From a virus, in the UHGV virus genome UHGV-1448388: DNA of 19,865 nt; one strand, given 5' to 3'. Both the position numbers and the translations under genes were made by a program. This document shows, in pieces, positions 17,956 through 19,865 of this stretch. The number at the start of each line of letters is the position of its first letter. Within the stretch, counting starts at the first letter, position 1. The notes under the pieces were generated by a model that saw only the letters and a program-made list of their open reading frames with translations, made no database searches and had not been told where the DNA came from.

Positions 17956-18198
17956 TTATGCTCCGGTGGTGAACAGGTCTAACGCTTCCTTCGATTTACG
18001 CACCGCTTCGATAGTGCGGGTCGTGATATCTGAATTAGCGCCGCCTGACTGGAAGTGAATTTTGAATAGCTCAAGCTTCAGTTCGTCAGTGCCAATGAAC
18101 TGAAATGCTTCCTCTGCGGCTGCGTTCTGGTTCATGACCAGCTTGTAAATCTCTAACTGGAATTTCTGTTCTTCAGTCATGGGAATAATCTCTGCCAT
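17956..18198 (-). CDS. Small hypothetical protein (80 aa) upstream of terS
   Basis: ORF with an ACGGAG Shine-Dalgarno 7 nt upstream; stop is 2 nt before the terS ATG. Acidic, helical; no family I recognise. Confidence 0.5.
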   Translation of the reverse strand: MAEIIPMTEEQKFQLEIYKLVMNQNAAAEEAFQFIGTDELKLELFKIHFQSGGANSDITTRTIEAVRKSKEALDLFTTGA

Positions 18199-18425
18199 TG
18201 TTGGCTCCGTTTATCCGTTAAAAGGGATATCAGTTAAGTTATCCCGTGTAGGGTATAAGCCATTGTCGAGACCACTCATTGAATGGTCTCTGCAATAACC
18301 GATGTCTTTCCATCAGTCCGCCACCACAAAGAATCTTTTTTGCCATAAGGCAGGAGGTTCATCTTTCAGTGGCTGCCAGTGTTATTTCCCCACTTTCTGG
18401 CTTGGGTTGTTTCGCTGTACTGCCG

Positions 18426-18968
18426 TTAATTGGTGAGTCCGGGGATTACGGTTTGCCCGTGCTGTTCAAGGCGTTCAATTCTCGCCAGTAGCTGAGGCTT
18501 CTTAATTTTTCCCCAGCGATTAAGCAGGCGGCCTGACATGCTGGCAACATCCTTCTCTTTCATGTACTCCAGCATTACGGCATTTCTCTCTTCTTCAAAT
18601 TGACGATGACCAACCTGAAGCATGGCGTACATCCAGTTGAATGCGTTGATGTAAGCAATTTTGATACGCATTGCTTCTTTTTTGGTGTAGGACATAACCA
18701 AAAGCATCAACCCATCCTTGCGGAGACGGTAGAATTTTTGCGGCTTACCATTCTGTAACTCATTGTTTTTATAGCAAAGCTCAAAGTTGAGCTTTGTATC
18801 AAACTCAGGAGGGCAAGCTTCTATGGTTCGTTCAATGTCACGAACCACGTTCTTCGGCAGCTTTCCAAATGCTTTTGCCACCATAAAAGAATCTGTAACC
18901 GGATCGTTGTTTGCTACAAAAATTAGGTCTCTGAAATCTATATCGTTAACAACGGTTGGGTAGTTCAT
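18426..18968 (-). CDS. rha: Rha-family phage regulatory protein
   Basis: The VTDSFMVAKAFGKLPKNVVRDIERTI motif matches the Rha family signature. Start is taken at the internal ATG (MNYPTVVND...); the ORF-track start at 19037 has no Shine-Dalgarno. Confidence 0.7.
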   Translation of the reverse strand: MNYPTVVNDIDFRDLIFVANNDPVTDSFMVAKAFGKLPKNVVRDIERTIEACPPEFDTKLNFELCYKNNELQNGKPQKFYRLRKDGLMLLVMSYTKKEAMRIKIAYINAFNWMYAMLQVGHRQFEEERNAVMLEYMKEKDVASMSGRLLNRWGKIKKPQLLARIERLEQHGQTVIPGLTN

Positions 18969-19114
18969 TGCGTCTTTACCTTTTAGAAAGATGAGCCTGT
19001 TCGCACAGAAAAGCCGCCCCGAGATGGTCGCCACCATATACGGCAGTTCTCAGGCTCAGCTTTCTGAAAGACTCGGGATTGTTACGCGCTGCGATGCGCG
19101 GTTTACTGCAGATA

Positions 19115-19140
19115 TAAAAAAGCCCCGCGAATGCGAGGCT
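19115..19140 (-). terminator. Candidate rho-independent terminator downstream of the lysis genes
   Basis: Minus strand reads an AGCCTCGC-ATTC-GCGGGGCT hairpin (one mismatch) followed by TTTTTTAT. Confidence 0.35.
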
Positions 19141-19313
19141 AAATCCTGGTATTTGTAATGACTGGCTCTTATCTCAACGCAGCCCCTTACCGCGCGCCAG
19201 ATGCTCAATATCAAGCATCAGCAATGAGATGTTTAATCTGGATTCACTCCAGAAGTGATCACCACCCTGTCTACAGAGCCAGATGTGAAGGATGATGAGT
19301 AAAATTATCGCTA

Positions 19314-19781
19314 TCATCGAAGGCATTGCGTCCTGATGTATTCCTGAAGCGTTCTCAATGCTGTTTGGTCGCGGATAATTCCGTCCCGGATACCGAGAAC
19401 GTTTCGTCCAGCAACTGGAGAGAGTTCGACGGTGGCATCATTGCCCATGCCGGAGGCGCTGGAGGTTTCGGCTGAGGATGGCACAGGGCATTTTCCTTTG
19501 ACGAGCACCCGACCACCATTATCAAGCTTGCGCCGAAGAGCATCATTTTCAGCTTTCGCATCAGCTAACTCCTTCGTGTATTTATCATCGAGTGCATCAG
19601 CATCACGCTGGCGCTGCTGCATGTCAGTAATGGTGGCGTTCGCCTTCTCCAGTTCACTGGCCTTGTTATCGCGCTGTTCTTTGTAGGCGATTGCATTATC
19701 ACGGTAATGATTAACAGCCCATGACAGGCAGACGATGATGCAGATAACCAGAGCGGAGATAATCGCGGTTACTCTGCTCAT
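19314..19781 (-). CDS. Rz: Rz i-spanin (inner-membrane spanin)
   Basis: From the ATG at 19781, [31 protein letters not shown]...[16 protein letters not shown] closely matches lambda Rz as I recall it. The ATG overlaps the endolysin stop (ATGA). Confidence 0.9.
   Translation of the reverse strand: MSRVTAIISALVICIIVCLSWAVNHYRDNAIAYKEQRDNKASELEKANATITDMQQRQRDADALDDKYTKELADAKAENDALRRKLDNGGRVLVKGKCPVPSSAETSSASGMGNDATVELSPVAGRNVLGIRDGIIRDQTALRTLQEYIRTQCLR
19355..19561 (-). CDS. Rz1: Rz1 o-spanin lipoprotein, nested in the +1 frame of Rz
   Basis: [21 protein letters not shown]...PPAPPAW has a lipobox (VVGC) and Pro-rich region as in lambda Rz1, and is wholly embedded in Rz. Confidence 0.8.
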   Translation of the reverse strand: MRKLKMMLFGASLIMVVGCSSKENALCHPQPKPPAPPAWAMMPPSNSLQLLDETFSVSGTELSATKQH

Positions 19782-19865
19782 TGTTTCCCCCACAAACAGA
19801 CTTCACGCTCAATCTCACGGCGAGTCATCAGTCCTTTCCATTGATTACCGCCAGCGTATGTCCAG
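19778..19865 (-). CDS. Endolysin (probable lysozyme), C-terminal 28 codons; 5' end beyond the window
   Basis: Open frame reading ...[28 protein letters not shown] ends in a TGA that overlaps the Rz ATG; this is the position of the endolysin gene in lambdoid lysis cassettes. Confidence 0.55.
   Translation of the reverse strand, partial: WTYAGGNQWKGLMTRREIEREVCLWGKQ

Noticed and set aside
18426-19037. 203-aa N-extended Rha ORF
   Set aside because: No ribosome-binding site at 19037. The internal ATG at 18968 gives a typical Rha N-terminus, though the longer form cannot be excluded.
19314-19793. 159-aa N-extended Rz ORF
   Set aside because: The extension overlaps the endolysin C-terminus. The ATG at 19781 reproduces the lambda Rz N-terminus MSRVTAII.
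1-19865. Search for tRNA, rRNA, CRISPR arrays, integrase or attachment sites
   Set aside because: No cloverleaf-like or repeat-spacer structures and no recombinase-like ORF were seen. The window appears to cover only the late, lysis and immI regions, so whether this is an integrated prophage or a free phage genome cannot be decided from it.

Overview
This window is almost entirely the late (morphogenesis) region of a P22-like (Lederbergvirus-type) enterobacterial podophage or prophage, encoded on the minus strand and read from high to low coordinates: endolysin C-terminus, Rz with nested Rz1, Rha, a small ORF, small and large terminase, portal, scaffold, coat, gp4, gp10, tail needle gp26, gp14, ejection proteins gp7, gp20 and gp16, and, at the left edge, the start of the tailspike. 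Between gp16 and the tailspike lies an immI-like immunity module: Arc-like, a Cys4 mini-ORF and Ant on the minus strand, and a second ribbon-helix-helix (RHH) protein plus Mnt on the plus strand, driven from a compact divergent promoter. The most interesting part is a markedly AT-rich three-gene plus-strand cassette (2825-4174) wedged between mnt and the gp16 stop codon: an acidic 199-aa orphan protein, overlapping by 16 nt a YafO-family toxin-like protein, followed by a small membrane-anchored coiled-coil protein. I regard it as a candidate, apparently undescribed, prophage-encoded toxin-antitoxin / abortive-infection or superinfection-exclusion module. All protein identifications rest on my reading of the supplied translations against remembered family sequences and on P22-type gene order; no database search was run. 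No rRNA, tRNA, CRISPR array, integrase or attachment site was seen.
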